64,000 nt of DNA from Heteronotia binoei (lineage: Eukaryota), in the NCBI RefSeq assembly GCF_032191835.1, contig NC_083239.1, positions 39,494,001-39,558,000 of the forward strand, given 5' to 3'. This document shows positions 22,658-33,344 of this stretch, piece by piece (the stretch's first letter is position 1; every line of letters starts with the position of its first letter). Both the position numbers and the translations under genes were made by a program. The notes below the pieces were generated by a model that did not search any database, was not told the DNA's origin, and was given only the letters and a program-made list of their open reading frames with translations.

Positions 22658-23704
22658 TTAAGGTAATTGTGTGCTTGACCTTTGCTGAGGACTTTCCTTC
22701 TCAGTGAAGGCATTCTCAAATATGGAGAGGATGGAGTGTTTCAGCCATTCCTTGAAATCGTTCCCCATGCAGACATACAGGATGGGGTTCAGGCAGCTGT
22801 TGATGAAGGCCAGGCTGGACGTCAGAGGAATGCCAATGATGAGTGCCTGATGCAGGGTGGGGTCCTTGTAGACTTGAATCTCCAGGAAAGAGAAAACATG
22901 ATAGGGGAGCCAGCAGACGAAAAAGGCCACAATCACTGCAGTGATGACCCTGAAGGGCTTGCTCGACCGGGCCAAGCGGTCCCTCCTCAGCTGCAGAACA
23001 ATCGCCCCGTAGCAAATAAGGATGACTTGAAAGGGGATCACAAAGGCAAAGATGAAACGGCTGATAATCACGGCACGGTGGGTGACTTCTGCCTGTTTCT
23101 TATCATGGCTAAAGTGGTTATAGCAGTGGATCTTATCCTTACTCTGCACGGTCTTCCTAAAATGGATGGTCGGCGAACTCAACACGAGGGCCAGAATCCA
23201 AACCCCAACAGCCACAAAAGAAGCACATCGGGGATTCCGGTGATTCTGAGCCCACACAGGGCATAATACAGAAATACAGCGGTCTATGCTGATCACCATG
23301 AGGAGGTAGATGCTGGAATAAAGGTTGACAAAGGCCAAGCTGCTGTTGAACTTGCACATGGCCTCCCCAAAGGGCCAGTGAAAGTCCAGGGCTAGATAGA
23401 CAACATTCAAGGGCAGGAAGAAGGTGAAGGTGAAGTCAGCAATGGCCAAGTTGAGGAACCAGATGGCATTGACTGTTTTCTTCATACGGAAGCCGGTGAT
23501 GAAAATGACCAGCCCATTTCCAATGACACCCAGCACAAAGGCAATGCTATAGATGAACATAGGGAGGATCTTCATCCTTTTCCGCAAAGTTGTTTGGAAT
23601 ATAACATCTCCATCATCATAATGATAGTCAAAATAGATGGCCATGGCAACACTGGAATCTGGGTGTGCAACCACAAGAGGGATAAGTTGAGTTGTGTTGT
23701 CCAT
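22658..23704 (-). CDS. CMKLR1-like GPCR, copy 2, 348 aa, with a divergent shortened C-tail
   Basis: Same 7TM motifs as copy 1; acceptor AG at 23744-23743; C-terminus ESPQQRSSTQLP is not homologous to the other copies after about 22692. Confidence 0.88.
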   Translation of the reverse strand: MDNTTQLIPLVVAHPDSSVAMAIYFDYHYDDGDVIFQTTLRKRMKILPMFIYSIAFVLGVIGNGLVIFITGFRMKKTVNAIWFLNLAIADFTFTFFLPLNVVYLALDFHWPFGEAMCKFNSSLAFVNLYSSIYLLMVISIDRCISVLCPVWAQNHRNPRCASFVAVGVWILALVLSSPTIHFRKTVQSKDKIHCYNHFSHDKKQAEVTHRAVIISRFIFAFVIPFQVILICYGAIVLQLRRDRLARSSKPFRVITAVIVAFFVCWLPYHVFSFLEIQVYKDPTLHQALIIGIPLTSSLAFINSCLNPILYVCMGNDFKEWLKHSILSIFENAFTEKESPQQRSSTQLP

Positions 23705-24389
23705 GGCCTTTTCGGGGAGACTCTCCTTCTTTCTTCTGTCTTCTGGATAGAAAAAGAAGAAAAAGAAGAACATAAGTACTGCCTTGTGGGATCAGATCAT
23801 TGTCCATCTATCTGAGCGTCCAACACATACAAGAGGACTGTGTACAACCTAGGAAACACATGTAAGCCTATGCCTACAGTCCACAAGATCAAATAATCAT
23901 CAAAATCAAATAAAGGAGGTATTCATTTCAATATAAATTAATCACATGTAAGCTGACTCGGAACAAAACACTCATAACGTCATAAGATGAATGCGAGTCC
24001 TTTCAGCTTCAATGGCAGAAAACCACTCTAATTCATACAGTCCACGTAGATCCCGACGTTGCTAATCATTGTAAAATTCAGATAATCACTTCCATGGTGC
24101 AAATCTCCAAAATTATAAATCCAAATAAGCAGTGCTATGGTACACCATTTCTCTGATACATCCACTATAATATAATAATTTGATACATCTACTATAATAC
24201 TATAATTGTATTGTACTATAATACTGTAATTGTATTATAATAGATGTACCTGTTGTACTTCAGTCTGATGATAATAGCAATGGTGGCAGATCACAGCTGA
24301 AACCAATTAGGTCTTTTTAGAATGTGTGTGTCGGGACGCTTGGTTTGAACTTTCTTGTTGTTGGGTTTTAAATTTGTATTAAGTGTCAA

Positions 24390-25880
24390 TATAAAGGAAA
24401 AATGATGGTGCAGGGGTACAGAAGCAAAAAGTTGGGGAAACTTGGTGAAAATACAAAACAGAAAAAGAGAAGCAGTAAATATAGCTGTTACAGTTCCACA
24501 TTTCGAACCTAATACTAAATTCTTTCTACCTTCAAGTCTTAAATTTTAATCCAATCCAACCAATATATTTTACAGTCTTATTATCTTATTAAACATTTTT
24601 GACTGATTATTACTTATTATATGATACTAAACTATTCATCTTTAATACCCACAGATAAGGAGAGCCCAGAAGCCAACCATAAAATAAAATCCACTAGCTA
24701 GTTTTAACCATATTGAAGATAAGTACTAACTTTAACAATACTGACAATAATCATAAGCAGAGAAGATCTCTTATCCTTGGCACTATCTTAATTATTTCCA
24801 GCCAAAAAAGAAATGGCAAAAATAACACAAGACCAAAATAAAACCTAGCAAATACTTTATCTGTTTCAGTATCAACAGAATCTACTTCTAAAAGAATAAC
24901 CAAGAGCAGGACTTTAAAATTTTTAGATACCTGTGTTGTCTACCTTATTATAAATTGACCCAAATTAATCAATTATCTAGATTAAATATTAAAATATTTA
25001 ACTTCATTGAACTTCTTGGGAAACTATATCTGTTAAAATCATACATTCCCTAAGACCCGCTCCCTGTTAAATTGCTCCATTTAACGTTATAAAAAGAGAG
25101 TAGAATTTCTAAGGAAGAGAAAAATGGCCTATAGAATCCATAAATGAAAATAACAGACAGCAGAGAAACAGTCAGATTAAAAGTCTCATTTGCCATTTCA
25201 AAGCTACACGTCTCTAGGAATCTTGTTTGCCATTTTCAATCTGTTTCACGGCCACATGCCAGTTCCCTTTTATTAATTCCATGATAATCAGTTACAAGAA
25301 AGAGCATCAGTTTATAATCTCTTCTTTTAAAAAGTTTTCTAGGACTTGAGCTTCTTAAAGTAGCCCGCCTTTTCTTCCTTCAGAATATGCATCCGTTGTA
25401 TGAAAAGTGGTGAAGTCTCCACTCTCCATGCCGTCACTTCCTTCTGCAAAAACTATAATCAAGCTTGATTTCACCTCCTTTTTGTAACTGCACACAATGT
25501 CTCCATTTTGATTTTTTACGACTCCTTTCCCACCGGATCTTTATCCACCTCTCTCATCTCTGTAGACATCAGAAGCTTGTTAAAGAAAGAAAGCAGTCGG
25601 GCATTCATCTCTTACTGCCATCATGGCGACCGCAATGGTGGAGCATTGGGGCAAACAGGAGGAACAGGGACCAGCCATCTCCATTTCCCTGGCTCCTGTC
25701 GAGCCCCTTGCCATCGGAAGACCCCTTCGTGGTCTTCTGGGAGATGCCACAGCTGTGGCACCCCTCCTACCATCCAGTTCAGGGGGGCCGCTAAGAGCGA
25801 GCTCCACGGGCCCCACCAAGCTCAAGATCCCGCAGCCCGGAAGTTTTCTGGTTTCGGCGTTCTTGATGCCAGCAAGCAAG
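24390..25880 (-). mobile_element. Possible degraded L1 5' region nested in the 4-kb insertion
   Basis: GC-rich segment followed by an A-rich minus strand resembling squamate L1 5' UTR/ORF1; no intact ORF and no TSD found. Confidence 0.3.
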
Positions 25881-26014
25881 TATTGGCTTGACTCAATGTA
25901 TGATTGATCATTGTATCATTGGTGAGCATTTGAAACATTGCATTATAGTGGTTGTATATTTTAGGAATGGTATGAAAAGAGCACTGGGGTGCAAGGAATG
26001 TACATGTAAGATGG

Positions 26015-27423
26015 TGTAATGCTGTGGGCCAAAATTATATATGGTTCCTCTTAATTTTAAGTTGGGCCGGCTTAACGCCTGCTTATAAATTTTTAAATGT
26101 TTAATTTTTCTTTGGCAAAGCCCTAGAACCTAAAGGTTAGGCCCATTAGAGAGGGCCTTGAGTTGGTGCACCTGCAGATTTGTTGCCTAGGGAACTGATG
26201 GGAGTCACCTGTGGCTGACACCCATATCTGGGTCTCATTAATGTTATTTTGTAGAGTGAGTTCTGATTGGGTTTTTCGAATCTACCCACAAGGGCTCCTT
26301 AGGAATAAAATATTACCTTTTTCTTTGCTCTGGGCCCTCTACGGGACAATTGGACTAGACTCTGGGACCCTAGACTCTACGTTGGGATTCCTTGTTTATG
26401 GACTCAGTGGACTTTGTTGCCTGATTTCTATGGAACCATATGGTGTCTTTAGTTAAGTATATTTTGCAACGTTATTGTTTTGGCTCACTGCTCTTAATGA
26501 TAATTTTTAAGCTTATCTTTAAATAAACTCCTTTTTTGTTTTAAAAAGAGAGCTTTCTTGTTGCTTTGTGTGGGGGGTTGTAGCAACATGCCAAAAGCTT
26601 ACTCGACCGCCCCGAAGGTCGCCTAATCTACCAAATAAGAAAAAATACCTTGTCTGGGGAACTCCCAGCCACATCAGCTGTGGTTGGGCTTTCCCTGGTC
26701 TTAGAGGATAAAACTCGGAGGTTGGGCTGGGATCTCAGAGTGTAAAAAGTAATCCAGCCTGGTGGCAGCTTACCCAAGGACCCGGTTTTGGACCTGGATA
26801 TTTGGATTTTTGTTTGAGCCACCATTTTAATGGCCCGCCTGGTCTCGGCCATTAGGGTTGGTCCGTTACATGGTAAGCAGTGGTGGGATTTTGGCATTGT
26901 TGTATACCCTACCAAACTTGGCTGGTGCAAAAAATTATCATTAAGAGCAGTGAGCCAAAACAATAACGTTGCAAAATATACTTAACTAAAGACACCATAT
27001 GGTTCCATAGAAATCAGGCAACAAAGTCCATTGAGTCCATAAACAAGGAACCCCAACGTAGAGTCTAGGGTCCCAGAGTCTAGTCCAATTGTCCCGTAGA
27101 GGGCCCAGAGCAAAGAAAAAGGTAATATTTTATTCCTAAGGAGCCCTTGTGGGTAGATTCGAAAAACCCAATCAGAACTCACTCCACAAAATAACATCAA
27201 TGAGACCCAGTTATGGGTGTCAGCCACAGGTGTCTCCCATCAGTTCCCTAGGCAACAAATCTGCAGGTGCACCAACTCAAGGCCCTCTCTAATGGGCCTA
27301 ACCTTTAGGTTCTAGGGCTTTGCCAAAGAAAAATGAAACATTTAAAAATTTATAAGCAGGCCTTAAGCCGGCCCAACTTAAAATTAAGAGGAACCATATA
27401 TAATTTTGGCCCACAGCATTACA
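26015..27423. mobile_element. TG...CA element: LTR-like sequence, tRNA-Leu-like PBS, then an inverted ~495-bp copy of the LTR start
   Basis: 5-bp TSD GATGG at 26010-26014 and 27424-27428; arms about 26015-26510 and 26931-27423 nearly identical as reverse complements; AATAAA about 26522; gttACA|TGGTAAGCAGTGGTGGGATT at 26871-26890. Confidence 0.75.
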
Positions 27424-29768
27424 GATGGTGTTGTAAATTTTATATGTTTTATCTTTCAGTAATATGGTCTCCACAACATGCATGCGCCTGAGGAAGCCAT
27501 TAGAGAAACGGTGTCTTACTGGTGTACAGTAACCCTATTTATTTGGATTTATAATTTTGGAGATTTGCGCCATGGAAGTGGTTATCTGAATTTTACAACG
27601 ATCAGCAATATCAGAATCTACATGGACTGTATGAATTGGAGCGGTTTTCCACCATTGAATCTGAAAATACTCGCATCGATCTTATGATGTTATGAGTGTT
27701 TTGTTCCAAATCAGCTTACATGTGATTGATTTATATTGAAATGAATACCTCCTTTATTTGATTTTGATTATTATTTGATTCTGTGTGAAGGTTTTTGCAG
27801 TCGTGTACTATGGGCGTAGGCTTACGTGTGTTGCCAACTATCTGAGCGATCAGTTTCCAACAGCTACCAACCAACTGCCTGTGGAGCTTCACAAGCAAAG
27901 ACCTGTGGAGGACAGCTTTTGCCCTGGAATTTGTGCTCCACCATCTGGTTGCCAGAAGGTTGAACCACAGAGTTTAGGTGGGATGGTAGAATGTCACCTG
28001 TAACCCACTGATGTCACTTCCAATCATGTCAGAATTGATTTGAGCATGTCCAGGGGTGGAATTCTAGCAAGAGCTCCTTTGCATATTAGGCCACAAACCC
28101 TTAATGTAGCCAATCCTCCAAGAGCTTACAGAAAAGAGCCTTTTAAGCTCTCAGAGGACTGGCTAGATCAGAAGTGGCTTAAAATGCCAAGGAGCTCCTG
28201 CCAGAATTCCACTCCTGAGCACATCAGTATGCTGACGATTGCTCCTCTCAACCCCCTGTGTTCTCCCATGGCTTAGATGACCTGCAGCAGGAAGGGCCCA
28301 CAGAAGATAGGAGATTCCCCACCTCAACAGGAACTTGGAAAGCCTACAGGCCAACCTGACTCTGCCCTGTTGGGGAAGTGCTTGGTGTGATGTCCGTGGG
28401 TCTCAGACCTCCAGAAGCAAGTGAACACAGAGTGTGCTGTCAGGCCAACTCTAGGCATCTTCCTATCTACTCTCTGCTGTCACCGTCTCCCTTTTGAAGT
28501 GGAGATGAACACTCCTTAGGGAGAAAGCAACTTCCAACTTTAAATAGAGGCTAAATGGCCATCTGACAGCAATGAAGATTCTGTGAATTTAGGGGGAGGT
28601 ATCTGTGAGTTTCCTGCATTGTGCAGGGGGTTGGACTAGAAAATATGGCCATTTGACATGCATATGGAGGGATATAGAACTGGTTGCTCTTCATGACCAC
28701 TTGAAACGAGTGTTTACAGTCATAAACAATACTCCCTCTAAGCTGTGGAGTCTTGTGAGCAAAAATTCCACTTTGTGAGCTACTGGCAATAAAGTTGTGA
28801 GCTACTGCTTAAATTAGTTTGCTCTTGGACCATTTTTCCTGAGCCAAGACAAAAATGTGTGAGCCAGATGCTAAACAACTGTGAGTCAGCTTACACTAAC
28901 TATTTGGAGGCCATTTATACTGCAATCCTAACAGGTCTCAGTTTTGTAATGCTTCCCCATTTCCATCTTCCTGTTGCTCGTGACTCAGCATACAAAAACT
29001 CCAGGGCTTTTTGTGTAGCAGGAACTGCTTTGCATGTTAGGTCACACACCCCTGATGTAGCCAATCCTCAAAGAGCTTACAGGGCTCTTTGTTCAGGGCC
29101 TACTGTAAGCTCTTGGAGGATTGGCTACATCAGGGGGGTGTGGACTAACATGCAAAGTGGTTCCTACTACAAAAAAACCCTGCAAAACTCTATTTTATGG
29201 ATGGACACTCTGTGCATGAAGTGCATCCCCATCACAAAAGCCCAAGCTGGGGTAAATTCTGTTAGCATGTTATAGTGGTGAAGAGGGCCAGACTCACATC
29301 TGAAAGACACAGGTTTGAACCCCCACTTGTGCCATGGAAGCTCATTGGGTGTGACCTTGGGTTAGACACATGCTTTCAGCCTTGCAGAACTGCTGGGTGG
29401 ATGAACCAGAAGAGAGAATCATGGAATTATAGAACTGGAAGGGACCTCCAGGGTCATCTAGTCCAACCCACTGCACACTGCAGGAAACTCATAAATACCT
29501 CCCCCCACAGCTCCAGTTTAAAAAAAAAAAAGATCCAGAAGGATATGAGCCACTTTTGGGTCCCCATCGAAGAAAAAAGCCTCGATGAATTACATTAAAA
29601 AATTAAAATAAATAGTTTTTTGAGGGTCTCTACCAGATTCCTATTGAATCCTGCTGCTACAAACCTACATATCCCCCAGAATCTCCTGCAATCATAAGCA
29701 GAATTACACACCTTCTAAGCTTATGAACTTCCATGAAGTAGTAATAGAATCATAGAATTGGAAGGTAC

Positions 29769-30500
29769 TCGCACATTTGGGATCCTGTCTATGTTTTATC
29801 CCATTTAAGGCTTTAAAAAAATGTTTAATCATGTCTTCTGTTAAGCCCTTTTACTGTAAAATTTCATTCTATTTTTGTTGTATTTCAGGCTCAAGATTAA
29901 GATTAGTGTCCTTTTTATCCCTATTCTTATTAATTATCAACCGGCATCACAATTTGATGCAACTATATTGTTTTATGTTGACATACGGACAAATTGTATG
30001 CTCGTTCCTTTCTGTAGAAAACAACAACTGTGTACAAAATACACAATAATATTTCACAAAAGCTAGAGCTAGTGCCAATTGGAAATATTGTCAAGTGGTC
30101 TTAGTTGACATCAAAAAGAAAAACGGAGCAGATTGGCTCTTCGAGGAAGCATTTTATGCGAAACGTGATCCAAGTTGACGGGCACGTAAAGGGAAATCAC
30201 CTTTGGAGCCAGGATTTGTAAGGAATTTGGATACCACACAGGACTGAACTGGAAGTGAGAAGGACGGGATATTCTCTGGACATAGAAACACTGTGGATTC
30301 TTTTCTTTTGTGAAATATTTTGGTATACTGTGTATTTTGTATTGTTGGAAACAGAGACAAATAAGAATTACTTTGTATATACATATATTTTTTATTGTGT
30401 GTTTTGTACACAGTTGTCATTTTCTGCTGTAGACTGTGTTGCCATTTTTGTAAGGCATTCCCTTCTGTAAGTTATTGTTATGCCATTAAAGGTTATTGGG
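29769..30500 (+). mobile_element. AT-rich insertion resembling a Penelope-like pLTR/3' tail
   Basis: 12-bp imperfect TSD ATTGGAAGGTAC/ATTGGAAAGTAC splitting a CR1 tail; shares gtaaagggaaatcacctttggagc with the Penelope tail near 52005-52030. Confidence 0.5.
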
Positions 30501-30827
30501 ATTGGAAAGTACCACCAGGGTCATCTAGTCAACCCCCCTGCACAATACAGGAAATTCACAAATACCTCCCTCCCCAAACCCCCTGTGACCCCTGACCTAC
30601 ACCCAGGAGATGGCAAAAATCCCTGCAAAATCCGTGGCTAAAGCAGCCTGGAGAAAATTGCTTCCTGACCCAATGTGGTGACTTGCATTACCCTGGACGT
30701 CTAACAAAAGCGCCACAAGAACTAACCATTCATGCACCCCTTTCTGCCCTCCTTCTCTGCCCAAGTTCACAGAATCAGCATTGCTCAAAAGGGTTTAACT
30801 CTGCATGGTTCATTGGCTTGCACTGAC

Positions 30828-31025
30828 CTGGACGGAGGTTGGACGGTGTCCCAATGGGAGAATACGGACTCCTGTGAGGGATTTCCCTCGGAAGAACAGA
30901 TCAGAGATTCTGGACGAACGAAAGATGAAATCCTTCAGTCAACTGTCGCCTGTTCAGCTATGAAACTGATCCTCTTATTGCCCCACTTTCCTTGTTCTGC
31001 TTCTCAAGCCTTCCTCTTATAGAGG
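30828..31025 (-). promoter_or_regulatory. Putative promoter and non-coding first exon of copy 2
   Basis: TATAAGAGGAAG (TATAA at 31021-31017) and donor CAG|GTCAGT (GT at 30827-30826). Confidence 0.5.
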
Positions 31026-31123
31026 AGCTCTCAAGGGGGTGTGGAAATGCTGGATGATCCACACCTAAGCCTCAGCTTTGTGGGTAGATGGGGAAGTTGA
31101 ACACTGTTGTGAGACACACGGCA

Positions 31124-31860
31124 GTTGTTGTTGTTGTTCAGTCGCACAGTCAAGTCCGACTCTTTGTGACCCCATGGACAAAGTCACGCCAGGCCCTCCT
31201 GTCTTCCACCATCCTCCAAAGTCTGCTCAAATTCATGTTAGTCACATCAGTAACGCTGTCCAGCCAACTCATCTTTTGCCATCCCCTTCTTTTGCTTTCC
31301 ATCTTTCCCAGCATCAGGGTCAAAAGTTTGTATAGTCAAAGTGATGGTATTCCCAGCTTCAGCATCTGACCATCCAGGGAACAGTCAGGGTTGATTTCCC
31401 TTAGGACTGACTGATTTGAACTTCTTGCAGTCCAAAGGACTCTCAAGATTCTTCTCCAGCACCACATCTCAAAAGCATCTATTCTTCTGCGCTCGGCCTT
31501 CCTTATGGTCCAGCTCTCAAAGCCATACATTACTACTGGGAATACCATCGCTTTGACTATATGGACTTTTGTTGGCAGACTGATGTCTCTACTTTTTATT
31601 ATACTGCCCAGGTTTGCCATAGTTGTCCTCGCAAGGAGGAAACGTCTTTTCATTTCATGGCTACAGTCACCATCTGCAGTGATCTTGGATCCCAGAAATG
31701 TGAAGTCTGTCTCTACTTCCATGCCTTCCCCTTCTATTTGCCATGGTGTGATGGGGCCGGATGCCATGATCTTAGTTTTTTTGATGTTGAGTTTCAAGCC
31801 TACTTTTGTGCTCTCCTCTTTCACACTCAACAAGAGGTTCTTTAGATTCTCCTCACTTTC
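31124..31860 (-). mobile_element. BovB (RTE) LINE 3' fragment encoding the RT C-terminus
   Basis: ORF 31336-31833 VGLKLNIKKTKIMASGPITPWQIEGE...RRIDAFEMWCWRRILRV is typical of BovB; (GTT)n tail at 31124. Confidence 0.92.
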
Positions 31861-31876
31861 CCCACCCCTGCTTTAT

Positions 31877-31927
31877 GGTCTCTCACCCAAGTACTACCCA
31901 GAATCAACCCTGCTTTGCTTCCAAGAT
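31877..31927 (-). mobile_element. 5S rRNA-derived SINE head fragment
   Basis: ggtctctcacccaagtactacccagaatcaaccctgctttgcttccaagat aligns to the reverse complement of the 5S internal control region; paralogous to 46785-46835. Confidence 0.65.
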
Positions 31928-32484
31928 AGCATTGCAGGGTCCCCTCGTCATCACGGTGGGGGGATTTGGGGGGTGTTCTGGGGGCGGGCAGGACATTGCG
32001 CACCACGTCCCCAACACGATGATGTCACCCAGAAGTCATGTCGGCAACATCCGCTCTAGTTTTGGGGTAAAACTCTATGGAAATTACATCACCAAGTTGG
32101 GGTGGGGTTTCCCCCAACTAGTCAGCAGCAGATCGAAGCCCCCAAAAGCAGGGGGAAACCCCATTGGGACCTGGGGGCTGGCAACCCAACTCCCAGATCT
32201 GATGATATCGTGCCAGCCTGGGCTTCTGATGCAGCAATTATATTTGACTTTCCCGCTGAAATAAAGTGAGTTCAGCCAGTTCTGAATCAACCAAGAACAC
32301 TTTATTGCAAGAAGAAACGGTCACAGAGGAACACAAGTAAAACTGCAAGTATATACAATCTGGCCATGGTTAACCACATCCTCCTAGCAAGCAACAGTTA
32401 CTCCCAGGCCTGGTGCATGGGGTTCTAAATCCCACCCCTCACCTCCCAGGAAAAAGCCATTGTGCGCATGCAAAGAGCAGGAAG

Positions 32485-32770
32485 AAGAAGAAGACGATGA
32501 TGACTGCAGATTTATACCCCGCCCTTCAGAGACTCAGAGTGGCTTACAATCTCCTATATCTTCTCCCCCCACAACAGACACCCTGTGAGGAGAGTGGGAC
32601 TGAGAGGGCTCTCCCAGCAGCTGCCCTTTCAAGGACAACCCCTGCGATAGTTATGGCTGACCCAAGGCCATTCCAGCAGCTGTAAGTGGAGGGATCAAGT
32701 GGAGGAGTGGGGGATAAAACCTGGTTCTCCCAGATTAGAGTCCACACATTTAACCACTACACCAAACAGG
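32485..32770 (-). mobile_element. tRNA-derived gecko-type SINE
   Basis: Same family as 22235-22512; paralogous copy at about 47390-47665. Confidence 0.8.
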
Positions 32771-33344
32771 CTCTCAGGAGAGATTGATTAAGAAACCACG
32801 GAATTTCTGTAACCCATGGTCACTTCTGGGTACAATCTCCTACCCCCAGATAATTCTAGGAATTGACAAAAACTCTATGATATTATCATAGAGTTTCCAT
32901 CAATTCCGAGAACTACCCACTGCCACTTCCAGATTGGACCCAGAACAGACATTCCAGCATGGAGGCCAACAGTGACCTTTTTTCTTGCCACTCAAAGCCC
33001 AAGCAGACAATGGAGAAGGTCAGTGAGGAGATTCCCTCTATAGCAAGGGAACTCAAAGTCCTACAGACAGTACAGAGCTGCTTCTGTGTGAAATTATGAA
33101 TAAACACATTGAATGATCTTGCACAGTGCTTTTTTTGTAGCAGGAACTCCTTTGCATATTAGGTCACACCCTGTGGTGTACCCAATCCTCCTGGAGCTTA
33201 CAGTAGACCCTGTACTAAGAGCCCTGTAAGCTCTTGGAAGATTGGCTACATCAGGGGTGTGTGGCCTAATATGAAAATAAGTTCTAGCTACAAAAAAAAA
33301 AGCCCTAGTTTTGCAGGAAAGGTGGGAACCAAGATCAGCAATGT

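Larger units (their letters stand above)
23819..27837. mobile_element. 4-kb composite insertion with ~300-bp inverted terminal arms, probably Penelope-like, in the intron of copy 2
   Basis: 11-bp TSD CTATCTGAGCG at 23808-23818 and 27838-27848; arms about 23852-24146 and 27521-27837 are reverse complements; flanks rejoin to the sequence seen in the other copies. Confidence 0.7.
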
